Shown: piece after piece, positions 50,560 to 63,405 of the stretch
Layout of the letters: each line of letters starts with the position of its first letter
Numbering within the stretch: the first letter of the stretch is position 1
Origin: Dipteris shenzhenensis
Taxonomy: Eukaryota
Strand: one strand, 5' to 3'
Length of the DNA: 64,000 bases
NCBI GenBank assembly: GCA_047967505.1
Contig: CM106538.1
Made by a program: the position numbers and the translations under genes
The notes under the pieces: model-generated
The model's input: only the letters and a program-made list of their open reading frames with translations
Database searches by the model: none
What the model was told of the DNA's origin: nothing

Positions 50560-51030
50560 ATTGTTCCCTTCACCAAGACCTTCATCCTCCCCCTTACTTT
50601 ATACTATAGCCGTAAATGCCTTAGGGTGGCTACTCATTGACAAAACACATGCTAGTTCACTAAAGGGTATAGAAATGCCGTTTGGAAAATAGCTTGTTAT
50701 GTAGCAATTTGCGGATGACACTAAAGTCACGCCTAGGAACTCCCCCAAGATGTTCATGAAGTTTTTGAGTGTCTGGAAATTTTTTGTACAACATAAGGTT
50801 CTTAAATCAATCATAGCAAAATGGGGTATGGCATGCTCAGTGGGAAGCTGCAAGAGGACCTACAACACCTGGGATGTCAATTGATCCTTAAAAGAATTGT
50901 TTTCAGATTGTTAGGCATCCCCATGGGTTTTGACGTCTCCATGATCAGTGAGAATATGTTTAATTACAAACTAGAGAAGTGGAGAGGCTTTCAGGCCAAC
51001 TTGGCAGGAAGACGAATGGTCCTCAACCAT
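50560..51030 (+). mobile_element. L1-type LINE RT fragment
   Basis: YTIAVNALGWLL...LKGIEMP...QFADDT; LLGIPMG; KLEKW...NLAGRRMVLN. Confidence 0.75.
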
Positions 51031-51379
51031 TGCCCTGCCCTTTCTTTTCCCCCTTTACATCTCCACACCTCACTAAGGGTGTACCCATCCATTCACCCAT
51101 ATTACCATCTACCACCCCACTTACCTTGATCTCTCCCTATCCCACTCATTTAGTTGTCCGCTTCATTTTCACTCATTGGCTCAAAATGAGTTAATTAAAG
51201 ATGCAATTGAGAGGAAGTTTTTAGAGAGTGACACCACATGGACACACCATTCTGGTCTACATCTGACCTTGTTCATAGCCTATAGTCTACCATAAAAAGG
51301 AAATGCAAGGCAAACTATGGGGATGGGAAGCAATACTTTTGCATCTTCTGATCGCTTACCCTTACAACATTAGTAGGAA

Positions 51380-54300
51380 GAGAGTCTAAGGGAAGACAAA
51401 GGAAAAGTGAATATCAAGGAGATCAATACAGTCACTGATGATAGTGACCATGACATTCTTTTCATGTCTACTCTACTTGTAAAGTTGCTTACCAGTTCAG
51501 ATGATGCATATTCCCAAGATTGGATTTTGGATTCTGGTGCTTCATTCCATGTTACTCCCCATAGGGAATGGTTCTCCACTTATGATAGTGGAAAGACAGG
51601 TTGTATGCATCTTGGAAATAACTATGCTTGTGACATAGTGGGAGCAGGTGACATAAAGTTTTCTTTTGCAAATGGGCCTATATTTGTTTTGAAAAATGTG
51701 AGGCATGTTCCTAAGCTGACCAAGAGTCTCATTTCAGTGGGTCAGCTAGATGATGCTAGTTTTCAGACCATCTTTGATTTTGGGAGTTGAAAAATTCAGA
51801 AGGGCTCTATGCTTTTAGCCAGGGGTGCTAAGTGTGGGACTCTGTATTGCTTACATGTATCAGGGGTGTCTGATCATGTTGTTGCAACAATTGAGAAGCT
51901 AAGGACTTCTTTGTGGCATTGCAGGTTGGGCCATATGAGCCAAAATGGAATGAAACTCTTATGTCATTTGGGTTATGTACTGCATTTAAGTTTTTCTGAC
52001 TTTGAATTTTGTGAGCATTGTCTCTATGGGAAGCACACTAAATTAGACCATAAAAGAAGGGGTAAGAAAGAGCTTGAGAAGATTGATTTGGTGCATTCAG
52101 ACGTATGTGGTCCCATGCCTACATGGTTATTAGGTGGGGTTGAATACTATGTGACATTCATTGACGATGCAACTATGAAAGTGTGGGCTTATGCTATGGC
52201 TCGGAAGAGCGATGTGTTCCAGAAATGGTTGGATTTGGTTGAAAATCAATCAGGTAGAATGATTAAATGCCTACAGACTGACAATCTTGGAGAGTATCTC
52301 TCTCATGACTTTCATCATTTTTTTGATACTCAAGAAGGAGCTCACATCCCCTCATAGTCTAGAGCAAAATCCAGTTGCTTAAAAGATAAACCACACCATT
52401 TAGGAAAGGTTGCAATGTATGCTTTCCAGTGCAAGTCTTTTTGGTGGTTTTTGGGTTGAGGCAATGAAGATTGCAGTGCATGTGATCAATAGATCACCTA
52501 GGAAAAGTTTGGATGGTGGTATTCCTAAAGAGGCATGGAGTGGCAAGAAGCGCTCTTACTCTCATTTGTGTATATTTGGGTGTGAGGCATATGCACATGT
52601 GCCAAAAGAGCTTCGGAAGAAGCTAGATCCTAAGTCTAGAAAATGCATCTTTTTGGGTTATGGTGAAATATGCACATGTGCCAAAAGAGCTTCAGAAGAA
52701 GCTAAATCCTAAGTCTAGAAAATGCATATTTTTGGGTTATGGTGAAAGTGGAGAGATGGGCTATCATCTTTGGGATCCAGAAGCAAAGATCATATGAAGC
52801 CATGATGTGGTCTTCAATGAGAAGAAGATGCATAAGATACTGTGATGCCAAAAATTGATATTTTTTATTTGGCATTAGTATTGTTTTCTTTTATGTTTGA
52901 TAAGAGTTTGAGTATCAAGTGATAGCCTAGTGGCTCTCACTTATTTCTATTTTCTAAGATATTATATGGGATTGAGAGGATGAGTGGAATGGATCATTGT
53001 AAATACCATAGGTATGAATTATAAATACCTTGGTATGGGGTGAGAGTTATTTGTGTATGAGATATTATGGGGTTTTTAGAAAATAGGAAGAGAGTCATAT
53101 AAAGAGGTGGGCTCATGTCCATGTGTTCTAATAATATAAGAGAGGCCACATGCCAAGCGTGTGGAAGGCATGTGGAGAGTGTGGAGTCAAGAGGAATCCT
53201 TCTAGAATTCCCATGTGGAATAAGGAGGATGTGGACATATGGAAAAGAGAGGGTCCTTATGGGCTCCATGTGGGGAGACTCTTGATTTTCTCAATATTTT
53301 AAGAGTCTTGAGCATCTTTTGATGGGACACATGGCAAGAGTAGCCAAAAAGGACATGGATGGTGACATGGTAGTTCTTATTCAGCCGCTCACTGTGCACA
53401 CATGGTCCATCCATTTCCCGAGCCACCATGCAAGCTTTTTCCTCTATTTTAGGCAAATTCTAGTGGTATTGGATCATTTGATAAATGTGGAGCCTTGAGG
53501 AGTAGTTTGCTTAGGCAAAATCTGCATGGGCAGATGGTAGTTAATATAGCACTTAGACCCCCTGTCAGTATTTGGCCTACAACTTTCTTCTCGATGGTCC
53601 GATTTCAATGAAACTTATATCAATGCAAATCTCTCTCTAAGAGTCTTCCTCCATGTATTTAATTTCTTGCATTGGGTCTAGGACAAGAAGTTATGAGTCT
53701 CTATGTATGACTACTTATTTCTATGGCAGTTTTTACCCCCTTTCAGTAAACTATCCATATCTCTTCAACCGGTTATCTGTTTTCAATGAAACTTATATCA
53801 GCGCAAAGCTCTCTTTAAGATCTACCTCCTATGTAATTAGTTTCTTGCATTAGGTCTAAGACAAGAAGTTATGAGTCTTTGTGTATGACTATTTATTTCT
53901 ATGGTAGTTTTTACCCCCTTTCAGTAAACTATCCATATCTCTTTAACCAGTTATCTGTTTTCAACGAAACTTATATCAATACGAAGCTCCTTCAAGATAC
54001 ATTTCTATATATACTTTAATTTCTGATATCAGTTTTTGGGTGAAAGTTATAGACCTTTGTGTTTTCTAGCAGTTTGTAGAATTGATTTTGAGCCATTTCT
54101 AGAGGCTAATGTGAAGGAGGTGCCATGTTTCCCTGGAATTTACCCATCCAACCAAATTAGCCCCTTCAAGCCCCTAGATATATATTAGTTCATGTCATGT
54201 TGAGCCGAAAGATCTTCTTCCAGCAATGCATCGCTCTGGGTCTCTATTATTAAGATTGGGAAGAGCAAGAAGCTAAGAGGTGCGTGAAGTTTCATTACCC

Positions 54301-54800
54301 TTAACTTCATGTCACAATACCCATGAGGGATGTGGAAATGAGAAGAGTCACAGAGAAGCTATGATGCATGAGGATCAGTGCAAGTGGGAGTATGCTATGC
54401 AATCAAAGATGAGTTCACTCATGAATAATAACACTTGGGACTTGGTTTCTTTGCCACATGGAAAGAAAGCATTGCAAAGTTTGATTCTTTCATTGGTCCT
54501 AGGGTTTCAGAAGAAGTGAGATTGATCAATGCCTCTACACTAAAAGGGCTAATGATAATAGCTTGATACTCCTGACACTTTATGTGGATGATATGCTATT
54601 GGCTAGCAAGAACATTTATGAGTTGGATGCATTGAAGGCCAGGTTGCATGAGTCCTTTGACATGAAGGATTTGGGACCTACACGTCATATTCTTGGTATG
54701 CACATCATTCATAACCAGAGTTGGAAACTCCTTTGGATTTCACATAAGGAGTATGTTACAAAAGTGTTGCAATGTTTCAATATGGAGGGGGGGAAGGCAG
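51380..54800 (+). mobile_element. Decayed Ty1/Copia pol (PR, INT, partial RT) interrupted by solo LTR G
   Basis: WILDSGASFHVTP, LWHCRLGH, HSDVCGP, KLDPKSRKCIFLGY (79-bp tandem duplication at ~52589-52747), TWDLV, LYVDDML, FDMKDLG. Confidence 0.9.
52841..54316. mobile_element. Solo LTR (family G) with internal 178-bp tandem repeats
   Basis: TGTGA...TCACA termini; 4-bp flank duplication ATAC; host frame KKMHKI-PMRDVEMRRVT is restored on removal; AAACTTATATCA at 53611, 53789, 53967. Confidence 0.85.
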
Positions 54801-54970
54801 CAAGTCCTGTTTCCCCTCAACAAGTGTACTTAGCCTTCCCCACAAGGCTGTTCTCTCAGCAGAACAGTTCGGGGCATAAACTGAGATGGCCATGAACTTG
54901 ACCTCCTGAAAGGAGAGCTCCACGACTACGTATTCCCCCCTTGAAGTGGTTTCGACAGATAACACCTTGC
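54800..54970 (-). mobile_element. LINE endonuclease fragment
   Basis: AISVYAPNCSAERTALW. Confidence 0.65.
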
Positions 54971-55179
54971 ATCATTGTGATAACTCAATACTGGGCTTTG
55001 CCAAGGGTCAACAAGAGGATGAGAGGAGCTGAGGAGCTCTAGCAAGCTCCACTCATCACAAGCTCAACCGTGCCTTCTAACAAGAGGAGGCCTCTTGAGG
55101 CTCACAGATCTCAGTCCCCCGTCGACATCACTGCCAGAAAGCTGCAAAAAGTAAGTGAAGGTACTGACTGTGTCAGTGA

Positions 55180-56404
55180 GGAGACATGCACGTTTGCCAA
55201 AATAGTGGTCGGGCAGCAATCTCAAGATTCTTCATCTGCTTGAATGCTCTAAAAAAGATTAACTATCCTTGGCAAGATGAAATACTATCAGAGTTTGTAG
55301 TTAAGATTCCCCAATCTAAACTTTTCGCAAGGCTAGTCCAAATATGGAAGGTTAAATCGAAGGGTTATCTGTGGGGGGTTCTAAGGTCGCTCCATGGTAA
55401 TGCATCTCTTGGGAGGTCAATCTGGTTATCTGACTAGTCTTTAATCACATGCCCAACTCTCCTTAAGAGCTACCCTTGTCTGGCTACTAGAATGTTCAAG
55501 AAAGGGATTCAGACCTTTGTCCAAATTTGGGATCTTGGTGGTCTAAAGTGGCTAGATGCTGAGACCATTGTGCAGAGATATGGGCTAATGGTACAAGAAT
55601 GTGAGGTAATTACTCTTTTGTTGAGCAGGATTAAGGGAGATTGGCTTACTATAGCCAATATTTTCAAGAGGAGCCGGGCTTCAGAGGGTTCATTTGGAGT
55701 CAAGGAAAACCATTCTCTAGAGTCTGCTTAAGGAACTTTAGGGAAAACTCTTCTCTTGAGGCTCCCCTGTTTTCAAGTAGACAGTGGAGGTTCCATGCCC
55801 CAAATGACAAATTGCTTGTATGGGTCGCACGGCTCAATAGGGTGCGGAAGGCCACACCATCTTACAAAATGAACTTTCTTCTCTGGCAGTGAGGTCAAGA
55901 ATCGCTAAATGGAACCCAAATGTTAGTCTGATTTGTCTGTTTTGCAAGGATGCTAAGGAGACTCATATGCATTTATTTTGGGACTCCTTCTTTATCAGGG
56001 ATGTGCGGAAATAGATCGGCCTCCGCCTGGCAAGAGCTCACATTATCTTCAAAATAAATTGGAAAATGGCATTGCTAGGGGACAGATGTAGGTTGATTGA
56101 CCCCATGTATGAAGTGTGGCAGGTAATTAGAGGGCATGTTATAACCCATGTATGGAGACAGAGAAACAACTTACCTTTCATAGACCACACTTGGGGAGAC
56201 TAGTGACTACAGCCATCATAGAGGACACGAAAAAGCAATACAGTTTTTTGGGGAAAGAACGAGACATGTAATTTTGTAGGAAAGATCTGGAAATGAAGGT
56301 TCCTGCCTCACTTTCTTGAGGCCGTTTTGTATATCCCCCCTTATTTACTTTCTACTTTTTTACTTTTATACAAGATGAATGTTACCGCAAAAAAACAAAC
56401 AAAC
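55180..56404 (+). mobile_element. L1-type LINE 3' region, degraded
   Basis: zf-RVT-like CLFCKDAKETHMHLFW, W+xRN-like HVWRQRN, A-rich tail at ~56389-56404. Confidence 0.6.
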
Positions 56405-57269
56405 TCGATACTCGTCCTAAAAAAGCTCTCAAGTAAGCAAAATGAGCATCCCTGCATTATTATGATGATCGCCTCAATGAAGTCGAGCATGATCTTCAAC
56501 CGAACAGAAAATAATATGAATCTCAGGTTCTTAAAGTGCATACAGAATTGCAATAATGCCCAAGGACATTACCTTTCAAGAAAACATCATTTGCATCTCA
56601 GCTCCGGGGATTACAAAGATTGGAAGCAACAAGACGAACACCCATTGTGGTCCAAACTTGAACATAAGACTGCTATTGCTACATAAGTGGAGCATGTTAC
56701 CCTTGAGTGCTCACAAGTGATCTGACAAGAAATGTTGGTCTTTTAGCTAGAATTTAGATTTGCTTCTCTTATAGCTAAAAGATGAACTTCCACAGAACAT
56801 GTAAGCTTGAAGATCAACATTGGAACCAGCAAGGAAGTGGATGTGGCGGCAAACTTGATTGATACATTGGACTGTGTCCTAGCTTTTATCTTGTTAACAT
56901 TCTATTAGGGCTTTTGCAAGCAACAACTATGGGCCAGGGCCCCTCTTCATTAATGCTTCCCCTTACACTTGATGATGACTGATGCTTTGTTCACTACCTT
57001 TGGTAAGCAAATTTTTTGCAAAGAAGACAATGGAGGTGATTACTACAAATGATGATGAAGAAAGCACTCTCACTTTCACTTGTAGTCTATAGTTGGAGTT
57101 TGGACTCGTTCTTTTGTAGGCTAGAATATTAAAAGGCCAATTCGATGCCAACTTTTCAATTAAAAACAATAATTATGTCACAAAGGAGAATCCAACTCTC
57201 TAGTATAACACAACCACTAGGGGATTGTTTCCACATGGGTTGAATGCACACACCCAGGTGCAAGATGCG

Positions 57270-57730
57270 CCTCGCTTCCATTCACGCATGACAACAGTAG
57301 GGATGGCGGTGGAGGTTTGCGCGCCTGGGGGCCTATAGAGAAATTTTGAAAAGATTGGATTTGTTTGTGGCCATCGGGGTGTAGCATCCTTAGCCCAGTG
57401 AGCTGCCTTCAGGGTACTTCCAGCTGTGTTTGTTTCCTGATAAATCTGTCTACCTCCTTGTGTTTGGCATTGAATGCGCGCACCCATGTGTGGGATGTGC
57501 TCTACTTTAGTTCACGCATGTGAGGATGGCAAGGTGGTGGTGGAGGTTTGTGCGGCTGGGTGGCCTATAGAGCATTTTTGGAAATAGTGGATTCGTTTGG
57601 CCACCGGGGTGCTCTATCCACCACTGGTTCAAGATGCTCAGCCAATGAGTTGCTATCCAAGGAACTTCCAGCCTGGTCTTGCTTTCGATGGATCTGTCTG
57701 CCTCTGTGTGTGCCAATTCTCCGGGTGTGG
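57270..57730. repeat. Diverged ~230-bp tandem duplication upstream of RAMP4
   Basis: TTCACGCATG...GGTGGAGGTTTG...GGCCTATAGAG...GGGGT at ~57282 and ~57511. Confidence 0.7.
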
Positions 57731-57973
57731 TGCCTATCGGGCCACTGCACTCGCACTAGAGCTCAGATGGTGTCGTAAAATAAACAAATCGGAGCACTAG
57801 GGGGGGTTTTGTTGCCGAAAATGTCACACATGCATGCACAAGCGAGAGGTGGATCGGGTGACATGTGGAACAGCGCAAGTGCGAGTTATGCCGCGAAAGG
57901 GGACTCAAAAAAAATAAAGCCCCCAAAATATTTTTGGCTTTGGTTGGAGTTGCGAAAGGCGGGCCAAAAAAGG

Positions 57974-57985
57974 TGCCACGTGGCA
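57974..57985. promoter_or_regulatory. Perfect palindromic G-box TGCCACGTGGCA (bZIP site) in the RAMP4 promoter
   Basis: About 50 bp upstream of TATAAA (58032-58037). Confidence 0.6.
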
Positions 57986-58121
57986 GAGCTGGTAAAGAGT
58001 TGGTGTAAAGGCCGACTGAGAGGGGGGTGGATATAAAGTCGCATCTTGTGCTCCTCATCTCCTCTGGGAACTTGGAAGCGCTCTTTCGTCTCCATTTGCA
58101 TCTTCGCCTTCCCGTAACACA

Positions 58122-58905
58122 ATGGTATGGCTCCTTACCTTCTTCTCTCAGGTTTTTTTCAAAAGATCCCTCGATCCCCACTTTACGATCGGGCAAGCAG
58201 AGTTAGCAGGCTGCTTTATTTGACTGCTGAGATGCAGCATTTTTCTTTCTCCGTCTAGCTCTCTCTCGCTAATCATTCAGTTCAGCATCACCCTTGTGCA
58301 TTTGAGTTGCCCACTCCTTGCGTTGAGGATGATTCGCCGTTTTGTTTTCTTGTTGATTTTGCCGATTTGCCCTCAATAAAATCGATAAGAATGGAATTGC
58401 TTTTAAATCCTTTGTATGCCTGTACTGATGGCATTGGTACTGCTGGGCTTCTGGCTCGCCTCCCAGCCTTTTGATGTGCAAGATTGCCCGTCGTGGCATT
58501 GTAATTTCGACAATTTAACTGCTTAACCTGTAGAATTAGGATCTCCTTTGGTTGTCAATGAAACTGACCGGACCTCATGCGTCTGCTACAGACGACTTCC
58601 AAACGCCTAGCAGATCGTAAGAGTGCAAAGTTTCAGAAAAATATTCTCAAAAGAGGTCTGGTTCCTGAAACATCTGTGAAGAAAAGCAGTCAGTATCCGG
58701 TGGGCCCTCTCGTGCTGGGTTTCTTCATCTTTGTGGTCATTGGCTCAGGTTTGTTTCCGACATTTGAAACGCAAATACGTATTTCATGGAAAAGCTTGTT
58801 GCAAACCGGCTTGGGTAGGGGCTTCACCCTAACTTCCTCTTAATCATTTTCAATGCAGCTTTACTACAGATCATTAGGACAGCGTCTAGTGGAGGAATGG
58901 CGTAA
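58122..58905 (+). CDS. RAMP4: Ribosome-associated membrane protein RAMP4 / stress-associated ER protein (SERP), 68 aa; join(58122-58124, 58592-58748, 58859-58905)
   Basis: M|TTSKRLADRKSAKFQKNILKRGLVPETSVKKSSQYPVGPLVLGFFIFVVIGS|ALLQIIRTASSGGMA*; canonical GT/AG introns; TATA upstream and AATAAA at ~59200. Confidence 0.92.
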
Positions 58906-59286
58906 TCTGTTCAGAGAGAGTATTTTACCAAAGGTTCTCTTGAGGATGCTGACTTGACTCTGTCTGCAACCCTTTTCTATTGTATTGGAAAATCCTATTT
59001 TCCTAAGAATGCGTAGGATTGACTAACCTGCAAAATTGGGCTTTAGCGAATCCTTTTTCTCAAGTTACATTGGGTGATTATAAGAACATACAATGGTTTC
59101 ATTATTCTCTCCTGTTTATGGAATTTAAATTATTTTAGTTATTGATTGTGATATTTGGCACTGGTCAGTTGACAGGATGTGACATTTGCCTGCAATTCGA
59201 ATAAAAAATGTTTTGCTTGTCTTTCATGTAATGGTTTGCTGTAGGAAGCGATCTTTCCTGCAAGGGAAGTAGTGTTTTGCCTACCT

Positions 59287-60170
59287 TGTATGTAGATGTC
59301 TCAAGGGATTTGGGGTCTCTAACTTTTGGGGCTAGGGGGAAAGGTTTGCTGGCATGTTTCCATGTTTAATCTCAACTTTTCTTTTATAACCAATATGCTG
59401 ATCCACACGTCGGTATCTGCTGCTCTGAGTGATTGTGAAAGTGTGCTTTAACGGACCTTGAAAGGTTAGAGTGCCTTCCCATGTCTGCCAGATCTGGCAA
59501 TGTGGTGGGCTTACATTTGCAGAGTGTGGGAATGTGAGGGTCACCTCTCCACTTGTGAGCCCCCATATGAGGAGGACATGGGGGAGGATGACATACCTTG
59601 AGAGGGTGAAACAAGAGGTGCCATGTGGGCAGCAGATTGGCTGGCACATGGGGAGCACATATGTGCCCTTCTTGCATGAGTTTCAGGAAGCTTGAAAGGC
59701 CACCCGTGGACGGAAGCAAGGCTCGAAAAACCCTTATTAGGCAAGGCGACTATTGCAGGAGCCTTAGATAGGCTACAGGACTGGTCTGGCCAGTCTGTAA
59801 GCAGTCGGCTAGCCTTTGCAGCCAGACCCTGGTAACAGTTGGCTAGCCTTTACATGTATCTTGGGATAACATTGTACAACATTGGGGACGTCACTCTTGA
59901 TTGGCATAATACTTACAAAACAAATGAGATCTTGAAATACTTGTACTAGGATGATGGAGAAAATTACAAAGAATTGCCATAGACAAGAAGCCAACAATCA
60001 TTGCATAAATTGTAAGGTGAATGAGTGTAATTGGGTCTAATTGAGGGTAACTGGGTCCACCTTGTGATCATGAGAAAAGACTTGCAATCATGGGCCTCAA
60101 AGTTTGCAGTCGGCTACACCCTTCTTGTTGTGCGTGGCTTGACCCTATTGTGACCTCTTCATGCTTTCAT
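59287..60170 (+). mobile_element. LTR-like sequence distantly related to the element A LTR; boundaries uncertain
   Basis: GTCACCTCTCCACTTGTGAGCCCCCATATGAGGAGGACATGGGGGAGG (~59540) resembles the A LTR start GTCACCTCCCCATCTGTAAGCCCCCAAATGAGGAGAGCATGGGGGAGG. Confidence 0.5.
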
Positions 60171-60293
60171 TGGTGATAAGCGTATTTTCCCGTGCTCTGG
60201 CTGGGGATTCCAATTCTGGATGGCTCGGGCATTCCCATGAGTAAAGCTGAATTCAGCCATAAATCCTCATATTGAACGTCTGCCCCAGGTTGC

Positions 60294-61280
60294 TGTAAGC
60301 TGGATAGGCTGCAGGAGTCCTTGAAATGTGAACACGATTGGATGGACCTGCTCTTCCAGTCCAGCAGCCCAAGGCTGGGTTGGAGATGGGGATTTTCACA
60401 AAGCTAAACTAGCAGGCAAATGCTGAATCCAGCAGGGAATTCAGCAGTCCACCATCATGGGGACTGCTAGTGGGCTGGGATAGCCCCACTAGCATACGCG
60501 GAGAAGCCCTCTAAGCAAGCAACCTACCTCTACGTTTTCCAACAAGGAGGCCCTTTTCCATAAAAGGGTGGATTCCCCCCTCAAAGTGCCACATCGGGGG
60601 CATTTGTAGGGTCCACAAAGAAACTCTCCACGTCTGGAGAGCTAGAACCTTAGCAGCAGACACAGGGGGACACACAAAGACTGTAGCCTCCCCTGCCCAC
60701 TGGGCAACCTTCCCAGGGCCAGCAGCGACGTGGGGAGGTCCAACACTACTCACGCAGTGGAAGTATACCTTAAGATAGAGAATGGAATGCAACTCAAATA
60801 CATGTGCTTGACTTAATTGTAAGAGTCAACAAACAGATCTGAAATCATGTACTAAAACTTGCCAGAATATGTACCAACACCTCTAGGAACAATCCTGAGT
60901 TAAGGCACCAAACTAGGCTCTGTTTGCTGCACTCTCTGACGGAAACTTCTGCTCTTCTGCCACCTGCCTCTGTTGTAGACTTCAGTAGCTCCTCAAGGCT
61001 GAGCACTCCCGCAAAGTAATGCTCTGATATGTACTGCAGACAAAGCTCCCTCTGTTGCACCACTTTATTCTGTCTGCTCTAGGTGTGCTGAAGACTTCTA
61101 GCCTTCTGCACTGCAAGCACTGATGATGTTGACTCCTCAAACTCCCTCTGCTCTCACCGTGAAGGTATCTGCAGGCTGAGTATCTCTGCTAGAATGATTT
61201 CCACCCCCAAAGGGGCCCTTTTTATAGGCTTGTCAGCCCCCCTCTGTGGCAGACTGTAACAGACTGACCTACCCGTATGC
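60294..61280 (-). mobile_element. Putative partial LTR
   Basis: Begins TGTAAGC like the 6247 element; CCTATAAAAAGGGCCCC on the minus strand resembles the TATA context at ~6541. Confidence 0.35.
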
Positions 61281-62591
61281 CATTATCTAAGTGATTGTTT
61301 TTGTGCTACTCCTTGGCAAGAGGCCAAGATTTTTAATCTACTGATTAACGTGAGAGCATTTTTGGAGGGTTGGAGTTGGTGGAAAGTTTGTGACAAAATG
61401 GATGTTGATGCGGTACGGTAAGTGATGTAAAGGGCATCCGTTCGTATTTGAAGAATGTACTGAAAGCAAACAGAAGACACCATATTTGTATTTTGAAGAG
61501 TAACTAGCCATATTGGATGGTGTGCTTTCGAGATCTTTAGTCAATCATAATTAGGGGTCGATGATATAAGCGCATTTGTGGAAGTGTGATTCCAATAAAG
61601 AGCTTAAGTAGTTTCTTGAGTTTAAATAGCAATGCAAGGGAACTATATTTTAAAACAACAAAGACATGACATACCACAATCAAATTCCATTACGTACATG
61701 TTTACAAAGAGAACTGAAATAGGTAAATTTGATGCACTATGGGTTGTGTATGAGAACTACCTTGACCCTTGGCATATTTCTTTATTTCAATGATACAACT
61801 AATGTAGAAATATTTACTCTAGATTCTTCTTACATGTAACATGTGAAACTTACCAGGTGTCTCATCAATCGGTGGAGATTCCTACTTGAAACTTGTGATG
61901 CTTGCTAATAGAGGCCTACCCATATTCTATTGAGTGGGTAATAGGGGTTTACCTTGCAACAAAAAATGTGGCATGAGGTGGTTGCTTTTATGAGGTAAGG
62001 CTTACTTCCACATATTCTCACAACTTTGATTGATAGAAGATTTATATGAATTGTCCATGACACCCATGAATCTCCTTGGAAGCAACTCACTTGTCGTTGT
62101 TATCATCATCATCATCATAACCATCACCATCACCTTGGGATGCATCAATGGTAGAACCATTTGCGCTAATGTCCTCATCCTCATGCATAGCTTGAGGAGT
62201 TAACCACTATTGTTCTTCTAAGGATGCTATGCCTTCACCACCCTCACCAATATATGGTTGCTTAAGTCATGTGGAGGAGATTCATGAGCCTCATTACAAT
62301 AATGCGTGCAGATCTTTGTTTCTTCTTTCCTATCCTCCCGTGATGATCCAGCCTAAGAGGAGGAAGAGATGGATAGACCATGAGGGTGAGGACATGAGGG
62401 TATAAACCAATCTAATCTTGGGCACATTTGAGCTAAATCTATAGATCAAGTTCCTTGGAGAGTTGAAGATTTCCATTCCCCATAGGAGGATTGAAGCTCA
62501 ACTATGCATGCATTCCATGTGTCATGTGATCAAAGTGTCTGGAGCTTGATCTCAAGGATTTGCACTTGGGCCTACCATTGGGCTAAGTGCT

Positions 62592-63140
62592 TTGAAAGTA
62601 GATTTCTCTAAAGAAGTGAAGTATTTGAGACATATTATATCCCAAGAAGGGATTTGTATGTATCCCGAAAAGGTAAGGGCCATATTGGAATGGACACATC
62701 CTACAAACCTACAAGAATTGCAAATATTCTTAGGTTTGTCTGGATTTTATAGAAGATTCATCCAAGACTATGCTAAAATTTCTATTCCGACGACAGACCA
62801 GCTTAGGGGGAAGGGAAGTACTTTCATATGGGATGAATCTCAAAAGAATAGCTTTGAGAAATTAAAAGTGGCTATAGTTTCTGTTCCTGTCTCAAAGGTA
62901 GTGGATCCCAGTGCAGTTGAAATAGACGCTAATGATTTTGTTGTTGGGGTGGTACTTTTACAACCCGTGGCTTTTGAAAGCAAGAAGTTAGACCGTGCCC
63001 AACAGAATTACTCGTCTTATGAGAAGGAAGTTTTGCAATCAGCCAGATCTTAAAGGAAGAAAAGCTAGGTGGGATAAAATAATGCAAGAGTTCGATATCC
63101 AATTGACACATCGGAAGGGGCAGTTCAATTTGGTTCTTTT
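62592..63140 (+). pseudogene. Ty3/gypsy RT-RNase H fragment
   Basis: EVKYLRHII, LQIFLGLSGFYRRFIQDYAKI, EIDANDF, PVAFESKKL, YSSYEKE. Confidence 0.85.
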
Positions 63141-63341
63141 GCAAGTTAGTCCATCTAGACTCAACCTTGAGATCGTTTCTTCCTACCTATGATCCTTCCC
63201 TCCAAATTTTTGATAGACTAATCCATAGACAATCTGTCATGATGGAAATATTCCCTCATAAATGTGTCCCCTTGGACATTTTGAGCTCTCTTGCCCCAGC
63301 CAAAACTTCAAGAAGACCTTAGTGGGGCCTTGGACAATGTT

Positions 63342-63403
<62 letters not shown>
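63342..63403. repeat. C-run plus (CT)n microsatellite
   Basis: Direct inspection. Confidence 0.9.

Positions 63404-63405
<2 letters not shown>

Noticed and set aside
60170-60185. TGGTGATAAGCG after ...TTTCA as a possible PBS
   Set aside because: Could not match it to a tRNA 3' end, and no internal domain follows
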